A DNA stretch of 64,000 nucleotides from NCBI RefSeq assembly GCF_023055435.1, contig NW_025964001.1:42780001-42844000 (forward strand), given 5' to 3'. The notes under the pieces were generated by a model. It was not told where the DNA came from. It ran no database searches and was given only the letters and a program-made list of their open reading frames with translations. Shown one piece after another: positions 38,701-49,631 of this stretch (position 1 is its first letter; each line of letters opens with the position of its first letter). A program made the position numbers and the translations under genes. The DNA is from Haliotis rufescens (lineage: Eukaryota).

Positions 38701-41700
38701 AATGATTTGTCTTCCCTGTAACAGTCTTTCCTGTAACACTAAATTTTGTTACAGCTAAGACAGATTTTGTTATGGTAATGACTTTCTTCACTTAATAAGC
38801 TATAAAGTAAGAAAACTATTACTTTCTGTTCTTTTTCAACATTCCAACTGAATATTTTAATTCAGCAGTTTGAAAGACAAAGTTGTATTTTATTATTTTG
38901 AGCAACATTGTCAGAACATATTGTTTTTATAAGAAAAGTGTTACAGTAAAGACATATTTTGTTATTGTAATGACATTTTGCAATTGAAAAGTTATAAAGA
39001 AACAAAGTAAATTACTCTCTGTTCTTTTTCAATATTCTAATTAATTATTTCAATCAAGCAGTTTGTAGGATAAACTTGCACTTCATCATTTTATGCAAAA
39101 TTATTGAAACACCTAATTGTTATAAGAAATGTGTTACGGCAAAGACAGTTTTGCTTCAGTAATGACATTCTACATTTCCATAAGACAATCAGAATCAAAG
39201 TAACTATTCTCTGTTATGTTTGATGATATATTGTACTAAAGGGATCAATGAGATTTTAGTTACTTGTTCCTAAGCTTGCTAAAATAAGTGTTTATGATTT
39301 CGGAGTTAATATGGTACCATGGTTATAGAAAAGACAAACTTTACATTTAATATATAATCATGGCAGTGATCATGAAGTACCTAATAGCTTATGGGTATTT
39401 TCTATTTTAAAAGGTCAAACAAGTTTTAGAATACGAGTTTTGGAGGAAAACATTTCTTCACTGCACTAAAATTCAACTCTCCGCGCTTCTTTATTTTCTG
39501 AAAAGGTCTTTGTTGGCAAAGACAAACACTCAAGTATGATAATGTATAGATTTCATAACATCATCAAAATAATTTGAAATTCACTAATGCTGATTTCATG
39601 AAGGTTTACTGAATAGCAATGTGTGCTTGACTGGAATACAAAGCAACTCCAAAGTGGAATTTCAGAGTGGAGCTGTACAACTAAATTAACCATGGCAATG
39701 ACAAATGGTGAGCCGTATCCTTGTACTAGTTATCAAATGGTAACTGCTCACCATCATGTGGCAGTGTACTTGCTTTTGGGACAATTGACAGAGCAGCAGA
39801 AATAACAATGAGAGTAGTCTCTGAACTTGTTGCCAATATGAAGCCAAAGATCTTGATGGAAATTTCCCGTCTCAAGGCATAAAGGAAAGATGTCAGTGTA
39901 AAGAGACATAACTTACCACGTCATTATGCTCAGTATTCTGACATATATGTTCCAGGAACTTGTCTCACAGGGACAACATAGTCCAAAGCATATTTCGACT
40001 CAAAACCCTCAAAGTGAAGAGGGACAAGTCTTTTATGGGAATCTGGCAAATTCACACTTTGGCCAATGTTTTGAACAGACCACTATACACAATCTACCCC
40101 AAACGTGGTTAGTGAAGGAGACAAGGTGAAAGCTGAAGATGCTGTTAGAGATAGAGAGAAAGTGAAGGCTGAAGATGAAGAGGCTAGTGATGGAGAGAAG
40201 TTGAAGGCTGAAGATGAGGAGGCTAGTGAAGGAGAGAAGGTGAAGGCTGAAGATGAGGGGGCTAGTTATGGAGAGAAAGTGAAGAGTGAAGATGAAGAGG
40301 CTAGTGATGGAGAGAAAGCGAAGTCTGAAGATGAAGAGGCTAGTGATAGAGAGAAGGTGAAGGCTGAAGATGAGGGAGCTAGTGATGGAAAGATGGTGAA
40401 GGCTGAAGATGAGGAGGCTAGTGAAGGAGAGGAGGTGAAGGCTGAAGATGAGGAGGCTAGTGAAGGAGAGAAGGTGAAGGCTGAAGATAAGGCTAGTGAT
40501 GGAAAGAAGGTGAAGGCTGAAGATGAGGAGGCTAGTGATGGAGAGAAAGCGAAGAGTGAAGATGAAGAGGCTAGTGATAGAGAGAAGGTGAAGGCTGAAG
40601 ATGAGGGGGCTAGTGAAGGAGAGAAGGTGAAGGCTGAAGATGAGGGGGCTAGTGATAGAGAGAAGGTGAAGGCTGAAGATGAGGAGGCTAGTGAAGGAGA
40701 GAAGGTGAAGGCTGAAGATGAGGGGGCTAGTGATAGAGAGAAAGTGAAGAGGGAAGATGAAGAGGCTAGTGATGGGGAGAAGTTGAAGGCTGAAGATGAG
40801 GAGGCTAGTGATGGAGAGAAGGTGAAGGCTGAAGATGAGGAGGCTAGTGATGGAGAGAAGTTGAAGGCTGAAGATGAGGAGGCTAGTGAAGGAGAGAAGG
40901 TGAAGGCTGAAGATGAGGAGGCTAGTGAAGGAGAGAAGGTGAAGGCTGAAGATGAGGAGGCTAGTGAAGGAGAGAAGGTGAAGGCTAAAGATGAAGCTAG
41001 TGATGGAAAGAAGGTGAAGGCTGAAGATGAGGAGGCTAGTGATGGAGAGAAAGCGAAGAGTGAAGATGAAGAGGCTAGTGATAGAGAGAAGATGAAGGCT
41101 GAAGATGAGGGGGCTAGTGAAGGAGAGAAGGTGAAGGCTGAAGATGAGGAGGCTAGTGATGGAGAGAAAGCGAAGAGTGAAGATGAAGAGGCTAGTGATA
41201 GAGAGAAGGTGAAGGCTGAAGATGAGGGGACTAGTGAAGGAGAGAAGGTGAAGGCTGAAGATGAGGAGGCTAGTGATGGAGAGAAGGTGAAGGCTGAAGA
41301 TGAGGAGGCTAGCGATGGAGAAAAGGTGAAGGCTGAAGATGAGGCTAGTGATGGAGAGAAGGTGAAGGCTGAAGATGAGGAGGCTAGCGATGGAGAAAAG
41401 GTGAAGGCTGAAGATGAGGAGGCTAGTGATGGAGAGAAGGTGAAGGCTGAAGATGAGGAGGCTAGTGATGGAGAAAAGGTGAAGGCTGAAGATGAGGCTA
41501 GTGATGGAGAGAAGGTGAAGTCTAAAGATGGGGAGGCTTGTGATAGAGAGAAGGTGAAGGCTGAAGATGGGGAGGCTAGTGATGGAGAGAAGGTGAAGGC
41601 TGAAGATGAGGCTAGTGATGGAGAGAAGGTGAAGTCTGAAGATGAGGCTTGTGATGGAGAGAAGGTGAAGGCTGAATATGAGGAAACTATAGTGCTGGAA

Positions 41701-44700
41701 ATAAGGTGAGGGCTGAAGATGAGGAGGCTAGTGATGGAGAGAAAGTGTAGGCTGAAGATGAGGCTAGTGCTGGAAAGAAGGTGAAGGCTGAAAATGAGGG
41801 GGGTAGTGATGGAGAGAAAGTGTAGGTTGAAGATGAGGCTAGTGATAGAGAGAAGGTGAAGGCTGAAGATGAAGAGGCTAGTGATGGAGAGAAGGTGAAG
41901 GCTGAAGATGAGAGGCTAGTGAAGGAAAGATGGTGAAGGCTGAAGCTGAGGGGGCTAGTGATTGAGACAATCATCCCAAAGTTACAGAAGACTCCAGAAT
42001 CATCTCATTGTGAGGTTGACAATAACATTTGGTCTACAGTTAAAAGCCACTATGAAGGGGTATAATGTCTTTGGAAGACAGCTATAATCTTTCAACTTTC
42101 TTCTTAGATGGCTTGATGTTTCAAGTGTTGCATTCCAGGTTGTAGTTTAGATTCTTACTTGCAGTTGAAAGTTGTGTTCTAATTGTAGGTCATGTGTTTT
42201 CTGACATTTTCTGAATTGTTCATTCTACAAGATGACCAAGTCTTCATTGTTTCAAGTTTACCACGATTCGTTTACCAGATACTTTCAGTGTTTCACAATA
42301 TTAGTAAAATTAATACTCAACCTCAAAAACTTTGGATTTGATTGTTGATCATAGAAACCATAAAAAGACATGAAAACTATTCTCTAAATGTCTTTAATGT
42401 AACAAAATGTTGTCTTCACCATAACTGTCTTCTATCACATCAATCTGGAGATTTCACAATGAGATCGAAATATAACTATAACTACATCTAGTGGTACCCC
42501 TGTTTGGTAAACCTTTGTTAACTTATGATAGTGAACAAACTAGGCTGACCAAAACTTCGTTTCACATTGTCAGTACTGTAACGTCTTAGGTCTTTCCTGT
42601 AACAGTTATAATGTAGGTCATAGGTAACATTCTTCATATTAATTATTTAAAAATATAAATATCACAAACATGTGCATTGTTATTCAAAGTAACACATTTT
42701 CTATTACAGTAAAATGCGGAAACTGCTTTGTGATCTAAAATGTCTTTGTATGGTAATTTGTTCTGTCATGTAACAAACTTTTGTCCTTACTGTAACAGAT
42801 TTTAGAATTTATCCTTTAAAAAGTTGGAATAAATTTATCAATATCACTGAAAAAAATAATGACTGGTATTACTTTTGCAAACATTATTATATACATGAGA
42901 AACATTTAAGATAATCTTTACCGCTCTTTTCATACTGATGATATGAATTTGCAATGTCTTTTCTGTAACAAATATAGTCAATCCTGTAACATGCATGTCT
43001 TTCCTATAACGCACTCATTTAAAAAATATATATATCTTAATATGTCTTTAGTTTCCGCAATGAGACATAAGTTGATCACAGTTTATCTTTGTTTATCAAA
43101 TAAAAAACCTCCAAGGAATCTTGAAAATTTAGAAATCATAATATTTATGTTGAAGGGGCAACAGTATTTCATAGAATTTACACTGAGTACATATTGGTCA
43201 TTAAGAGACTAAATAAATGCCCTTCATCCTCACTTCAAGTTTAATATACAAAAATATGAAGAAATAAATATGTTTCGTATGTGCTTTTTGCATTTTCATG
43301 AATTTCAAACCAAAATAATTCACACAAACATTGTTATGGGAAAGACAAGCCAAGTTTCAGTTGCCATGGTAACTGGTTATTCCTCTTTCTTAAAAGCATC
43401 ATTAAGACATCCATTTGATGTTACTGACAGCTTCAGATATTTGTTACTCCATTTAAACAAAAAAAAGATATTGTATCAACCATTGGATTTTGTAATTTTG
43501 GAAACTCAAAAAGTGACATCTTTTGAAAATGACTCATATAGCCTGAGTCACCGTTGTGAAGAATGTAGTTGCATGCAGGGTCTTATGCTCTGCCAGTATG
43601 TTTAATTCATCATGTTGCAAAACTTCTAGAGATTCTGGGAGGCTAAGGTTGATGGCAACAGACTGAGCCTTAAATATGTCAGCCCTGACGGTGAGGAGAA
43701 CTATCCAGGGGAGGTAACTCTGACAGTCACATACGAACTGACTGATGAGAATGAGCTGATCATCGACTACACGGCAACATCGACTAAGGCAACACCTGTC
43801 AACTTCAGCAGCCACGGTTACTTTAACCTTGGAGGACATGTAAGTTGCCATGGTAACTTCGAACTGGGGAGACATGAGATGGGAAAGAAGGCTTGTGTAG
43901 AGAGGACTTGCGTCTTTTATAAATTATCCTAGGATCGAATCCAAGATAAGCAATATGCCCTGTCCTCAGGGGTTTCACCAAATTGGTTTGAGCCTACGAC
44001 CTCCATCAACGGTTCTTCTGTCCACTAACACGTTCTGATCCGACTGAAAAGATGCAAACTCAACTCACTTATACACTACTTCAGACACCCCTGTCAGAGT
44101 GAGTGAGTGAATGAGATGATTATTCGCCGCTTCCAGCAATATTCCAGCAATATCACGGCGGGGGACACCAGAAATGGGCAACAGAAATTGTACCCATGTG
44201 GGAAATCATGGTGACGGGTGACGAGGGAACGCTTTAATCACTACCCCACCGCCCCTGTCTTATACTACACGTACTGACAGGTTTAGCAAGAGGAACATCA
44301 CTACTGAATGTGTCTCTTCAATAGCCCGCAATATAACACTTAGACGCACGGTGTCTTGTCCACCCACCCAGTGCAGGCTTGAATTAGGCTCTATATGTTA
44401 ACAAACCAGCTTGTGGTAGTTATTACTGTTCTGGCACAAATTAGAAGGACCGTTGCTTCTTTTGTGGCCATTTACTGTTGCTTTATTGATTTATGAGTGA
44501 GTTGGAATTAACGCCGCTTTGAACAATATTCCAGTGGAAAGCTGGAAGTGATGCAGGTCTCCGACGTTTACCACTTTGGTAAAACCCTCGAGCATAGGTA
44601 TGGTGCTGACAAACCTAGAAACTTAATCGGGTGAACCGGGATTCGAACCCACGATCATAGGTTTTTGGCGCGCTCAAGGGATATAACTCTGCACAGCTAA

Positions 44701-47387
44701 TTGCGGCGCCTTAGATGCTTGGGCTGCCCGTTCCCTATTCATCAAATATTACTGATCCCGGGCGCTGGGGTCACGACGAAGGCCCGGGTTCGATTCCCGA
44801 CATGTATGTGTGAAGCCTTTTTCTGGTGTCCCCCGTCGTGATATTGCTGGAATATTGCTAAAAGCGGTATAAAACCATACTCACTCACTCATTAACCCGA
44901 CATACCGTGATATAAGTGAAACATTGTGATAAAGCGGTGTTAAACCCAACACCATCACTCATGGTCCTCAGAGTTGATAATAATATTACCTCAACATACC
45001 ATCGGGTACCCATTTACTACTGGGTGGGCATAGGTATATTCTTAAGATCAAACATATTCCCCTTGTTCAAGCAGTACACCTAAGCCAGGGCACACGTGTT
45101 GGTCATATTGTATATTTATTTTCTCAGGGCTCGGGGAAAATTCATGATCACGTTGTACAAATCAATGCCGAGTCTTTTTTACCTGTTCATGAACGCGCGA
45201 TTCCAACAGGTAAGTTGCGTGTTGATCTTTGTGTGCATGTAGATAACACTATGACGACTGTTTGTTTGTTTGTTGTTTAACGCCGCAACCTGCAATAGTC
45301 CAGCTAAATGACGGCGGAGTGTAAATAATCGAGTCTGGACCAGACAAGTGAACGATATTTTGAGCAACCATCAACACCGTCGGGGTAGGATGAGATGCAA
45401 TCAACCAAGTCAGCGAACCTGACCATCCGATCTGTCGCCTCAGCATAGGTTGCTGGGGACGAGATCCAACACGGAACCCCCACAGGGCGATGACGGCTCG
45501 TGGTAATATAATGTTTGACATGGGAAGAGACGATATACTGACGATCTTCTACCACTTATAACCATGTCTTACTGTAGTCTATGGACTTTTCCAGGCAAGA
45601 TCCGGAGAGTGGCGGGAACGGAATGGGACCTGAGGTCCCCTGTACGTCTTGGGGACCGACTTGGACAGGTGCCCGGTGGAAAGGGATTTGACCACAACTT
45701 CAACCTGTCCGTGTCTGGAGAAAGGCGTCTTGCAGCAAGTTGGGGTCTATGGAAATGATAAATATTTTCAATGGGTAAATACGGTAACAGGATGATTCAA
45801 CATCATGTTGGTATCGTCCATGCGACTCGGATATGTTAAACCTATCGTCTATTTATCTTTCCGTCGCTATGAAGCCTTCCTTTCATTGATGAATTTCAGA
45901 AACAGAAATCAAGCCAAGGCTTGTTTTAGTATAACCACTAGAATGACAATGACCTAAGTTCGACCTTAGACACATGCCACCCATGTGTAACCTGTTGGAC
46001 AATACATTTTCAGTGCAGTTCACTACAGGTGTTTGTTTTATTGAAGCTGCCATGCAGTGATACCAATAAACCAGATGTTTTATGCCGACAGAGTGGAGCA
46101 CCCGCCCAGTGGACGGTGGATGGAGTGCTACACCACAGAGCCAGGGGTGCAGTTCTACACCAGCTTCTATCTGCAGGACCTCGCGGGGAAGGGAGGGGCC
46201 AACTACTCCCAGTACGGAGGATTCTGTCTGGAGGCTCAGCACTACCCTGACAGCATCAATCAGGTGGGTCAGCACTACCCTGACAGCATCAACCAGGTGG
46301 GTCAGCACTACCTGACAGCATTAATCAGGTTGGTCAGCACTATCTGACAGCATCAATCAGGTGGGTCAGCACTACCCTGACAGCATCAATCAGGTGGGTC
46401 AGCACTACCCTGACAGAATCAATCAGGTGGGTCAGCACTACCTGACAGCATTAATCAGGTTGGTCAGCACTACCTGACGGCATCAATCATGTGGGTCAGC
46501 ACTACCTTGTCAGCATCAATCAGGTGGGTCAGCACTACCCTGACAGCATCAATCAGGTGGGTCAGCACTACCCTGACAGCATCAACCAGGTGGGTCAGCA
46601 CTACCCTGACAGAATCAATCAGGTGGGTCAGCACTACCCTGACAGCATCAATCAGGTGGGTCAGCACTACCCTGACAGCATCAATCAGGTGGGTCAGCAC
46701 CTGACAGCATCAATCAGGTGGGTCAGCACCTGACAGCATTAATCAGGTAGGTCAGCACTACCCTGACAACATCAATCAGGTGGGTCAGCACCTGACAGCA
46801 TCAATCAGGTGGGTCAGCACTAACCTGACAGCATCAATCAGGTGGGTCAGCAATACCCTGACAGCATCAATCAGGTGGGTCAGCACCTGACAGCATCAAT
46901 CAGGTGGGTTAGCACTACCCTGACAGCATCAATCAGGTGGGTCAGCACTACCCTGACAGCATCAATCAGGTGGGTCAGCACCTGACAGCATCAATCAGGT
47001 GGGTCAGCACTAACCTGACAGCATCAATCAGGTGGGTCAGCACCTGACAGCATCAATCAGGTGGGTCAGCGTTTGACAGCAACAGCCAGATGGGTCAGAG
47101 CATTAATCAGCAACAGCACGGGCACTGTTGAAGTGATAGGCCGTAAAGTCGATGAGTGATTAAGGCTTTAGTCTACACAGAAGAGGCAATGACAACGATC
47201 ACAGAGAACCGGTGTTGTTACCATGCATTATACACTGTATATATGCATGTATTTTATTACACATATACGACATACATCAACACCACCATCTCTCCCACTG
47301 TTTCAGCCAAGCTTCCCCAACAGCGTTCTACGTCCCGGGGAGACATACCGGCAGACAACATCGTATACTTTTGGTGTCAGCAGCTGA
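32732..47387 (+). CDS. GALM: Aldose 1-epimerase copy 3, possibly pseudogenising; exons 32732-32787, 36162-36292, 37526-37677, 43630-43839, 45128-45209, 45595-45739, 46092-46263, 47307-47387; the exon-6 donor is TT instead of GT
   Basis: All eight exons have the same lengths as copy 1 and no internal stops. AG|TTGGGG at 45740 versus AG|GTGGGG in copy 2. Motif changes GFGK, NFSSHGYFNL and LPVH. Confidence 0.8.
33817..35078 (-). mobile_element. Tc1-family (DD34E) DNA transposon with decayed transposase (~33986-34970), in GALM3 intron 1
   Basis: TIRs TACTCTTAAAAAAA... and ...TTTTTTTAAGAGTA with TA TSDs. MPRLTEVQRNNVIGRLQAG (HTH), WYSDES, FQQDNARPH-34-SPDLNPIENLW. Stops and frameshifts are present. 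Confidence 0.9.
35322..36118. repeat. 9-bp minisatellite (CTTGGTCTG and variants) just upstream of GALM3 exon 2
   Basis: About 88 tandem 9-mers; source of the (GLL)n and KQT ORFs. Confidence 0.95.
36712..36896 (-). mobile_element. SINE family C, partial
   Basis: Aligns with 9416-9688. Confidence 0.7.
36905..37253 (-). mobile_element. SINE family B
   Basis: Reverse complement of 26081-26424, including the (GAGGT)n tail and tRNA boxes. Confidence 0.85.
39705..40109 (+). pseudogene. Frameshifted OTU-like (vertnin-like) cysteine protease domain inside the Sola-like element
   Basis: Manual translation across frames gives YPC..NGNCSPSCGSVLAFGTIDRAAEITMRVVSELVAN, YAQYSDIYVPG and SFMGIWQIHTLANVLNRPLYTIYPKRG, which match the DGNC and W..xLAxVLxRxIYxIYP blocks of vertnin/OTU-like domains. 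Confidence 0.65.
40110..41962. repeat. 39-bp purine-rich minisatellite (GAAGGTGAAGGCTGAAGATGAGGAGGCTAGTGATGGAGA) inside the Sola-like element
   Basis: About 48 units of 36-39 bp; gives the 534-aa EEASDGEKVKAED ORF. Confidence 0.95.
44098..44254 (-). mobile_element. SINE family A, diverged
   Basis: (GAGT)n tail, CAGCAATATTCCAGCAATATCACGGCGGGGGACACCAGAAATGGG. Confidence 0.75.
44494..44735 (-). mobile_element. SINE family D, near full length
   Basis: Minus-strand head ...TCTAAGGCGCCGC...CGTGGGTTCGAATCCCGG; body shared with 11878-12095. Confidence 0.75.
44770..44891 (+). mobile_element. SINE family A, 5'-truncated
   Basis: B box GGTTCGATTCCC through the (ACTC)n tail. Confidence 0.75.
45259..45487 (-). 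mobile_element. SINE family C, diverged, in GALM3 intron 5 (absent from the GALM2 intron)
   Basis: (GTTT)n tail and TAAATAATCGAGTCTGGACCAGACAA; the GALM2 intron 5 lacks it while downstream intron sequence matches. Confidence 0.75.
46237..47098 (+). repeat. 33-bp splice-donor-spanning tandem array at GALM copy 3 exon 7/intron 7
   Basis: Same unit, about 27 units, many with 1-4-nt deletions. Confidence 0.95.
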
Positions 47388-47934
47388 GCAGCCAGCGTGC
47401 ATCCAAGGTGTCCACATTATCCCGTGTATTGTATCTTATTTCGTTTGTGATAAATACCCACTTTCGGTTCTTTTCGGAAATAACGTCGCCATCGCTTTTT
47501 CAATTATCACTGACTGAGCATATAATTTATCTCGCTCCTGAGAGTCATCTGATTGGACGCTATTTATAGCGTCGTGTCTTACGAATCAGGCTCATAATGA
47601 AGTTATGATGGCCAAAGGGGCATTCATTTTTATTGAATGGAGGCAAAATGTACATGGTAATCAGGACTAGATGTTGTTCCCATGAACAATTGACTTGCCT
47701 GTGCATGTGTTTTTGACGGTCCACCCGGTGGGGCAGGATACGCTCACCTTTTTCGCGACCACCTGGTATCATCACTATTTAATAGCGATTCATAAACACA
47801 TGTTCTTGGTATAGTCGGAATGTTGCAGTCTGCCTTTGGAGGAGATTTCTTGTGGATAAGGAAGGGGGTTAAGCTTTGTGTACTGGTAGTGTGGGATGAA
47901 CAACACCTGGCTATGGTATAATCTGATCCACATG

Positions 47935-48045
47935 ACCCCTGGTTCCACAAAGCGACCTTAACGCCACAACTGTCATAAATCAACGTTAAAGAATGGAAGT
48001 TACGATCGACTTACGGCTAAGATTGATTTGTGGAACGGGACCCTG
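47935..48045. mobile_element. Small palindromic MITE-like repeat (second copy ~54822-54932)
   Basis: TTCCACAAAGCGACCTTA...TAAGATTGATTTGTGGAA; related TCCACAAAGCAATCTTAGCGCT...AGCGCTAAGGTCATTTTGTGGA at ~54832-54921. Confidence 0.55.
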
Positions 48046-49631
48046 ATCCATATGACCGCTCGAACCCCAAGTCGACCGACCGTTACTCTTAATTACAAAT
48101 GCTTTGTAATTCCGACTCAAGCGTTTAATCTAATAGCTCCATACATAGGAACATTGTTATTTTTATTTTTTTGAATAAAAAACATTTGATAGACTAGCCT
48201 CGAGTTTACATGCTGCAATTATTAAACGTCAATAGTCAGCCTCGATTATCCGCCGGAACAGATTCCATTGGGCATAAAAATTATTATGAATATGAATGGA
48301 TCAATGAAAGTCATAGCACCAGGTGTTCGCGAGGAGAACACTAAGAGGACAAACTGACATGGTTTTGACACTTCATACACCTGACTATAACCCACACATA
48401 TACAGTTGCATCTAGTTATATGCATGCAACAATACTGCCTTTTATTATAATGTGTGTTTAGAAGACTGTTAAAGGCCCGATGCGAAACAAGACGAAAAAA
48501 TCCCACTTAGAGTGCCGGAAACCTATGAGCCCTTTTAGCCCTGATTACATAACTCGGTGTTTCAGCATCATAACTCGTCCTCGTGGATTTTACCGAAGTG
48601 GTAAGGACCTGCATCCCTTCGAATTGTTCTCCATCAGTAGCTTGACGCCAGATAGAACTTATATACTGTTCAAAGCGCCGTTAAACCTAACTCACTCACT
48701 TATCATGTAATTCCCTTAAACGTATTTATAGTGGCTGCCTTGATACATCGTTATATATATTTTAAATTCTGCAAAAACTCCTATATTTTATGAAACAGTC
48801 TTTGATATTTAGTAATTAGACTAAAAGGACAATGGTACTAACACATACATGTCCAGGTGCATGTTGTGCAAGTTAACCATAACAAACATCAACATGTTTT
48901 TAGAAGCAAACGCAAACGGGCTGGCATTTAATCTTTGTTTTGGACTGTGGTCAGATTGACCCTGACTTGTAAATGGTTATCTAAGAAACCTCACAAACAA
49001 GGCTTTTAACCCTTCGCGGTGACGTCTATAATGCTGCAACAATCAATGGTCAAGTGAACCTCAGATATATTCTACAGATTTGAAGAAACAGGGAAATCTC
49101 ACCATTGGATTAGCTACTCCTTTTTGGCTGTAATCGCCTTTCAGCTGATAATCCGCTTACAAGAACAATGGTAGGATATGGTATGGAGTAGGTGCACTAT
49201 TGTGGACCATGGTCAGACACTTGCTGACAAGGAACAGGTGAACAGCTGGATTTGGCGGGCGTTGTGAAGGAGTCGACATGAACCGAAGTTAGAAAAATCA
49301 AGATCGGCAGATCCAGCCACATGATACTGATTGGTGAAGAACTTGAGTATTGGGTCTGCTGTTTCAACCTTGATGACATTCTATGAAAACAGCGTTAAGT
49401 GTATAAAGGTGGTGCGACTCGTTGTTTCTGAGGCTGGAGACTGATGAAGTGTTGGATCTGGATGTTAGAAATTGGTAGTTCTTGTCTCCTTTGGATTCAG
49501 GACACTGACGAGGGATCACGCTTTAAAAACGAGGTAATCTAATTTGAAATATGCTCTCGTTTGATACCTGTTCGTTATGGAAGAGGAAAATATATTGACA
49601 TCACATCCTAGCTAGTTGTGTATTTGCTGCC

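Larger units (their letters stand above)
38158..43535. mobile_element. 5378-bp non-autonomous or decayed DNA transposon, Sola2-like (GAG...CTC termini, 4-bp ATAT TSD), in GALM3 intron 3
   Basis: Perfect 24-bp TIR GAGTCATTTTCAAAAGATGTCACT at 38158-38181 and 43512-43535. ATAT at 38154-38157 and 43536-43539. The flanks rejoin to the uninterrupted GALM2 intron (~27540-27720). Repeated subterminal TGTTACAG(T/G)AAAGACA-type motifs occur in both orientations. Confidence 0.85.

Noticed and set aside
40105-41709. 534-aa acidic ORF as a host neurofilament-like gene
   Set aside because: It consists entirely of a 39-bp repeat inside a TIR element within a GALM intron and has a non-ATG start.
42060-42425. 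Possible transposase N-terminus on the minus strand of the Sola-like element
   Set aside because: Too many stops and no convincing motif by eye.
19849-47098. 33-bp repeat arrays as CRISPR arrays
   Set aside because: Units are head-to-tail with no unique spacers, derive from a GALM exon/intron junction, and there are no cas genes; the context is eukaryotic.
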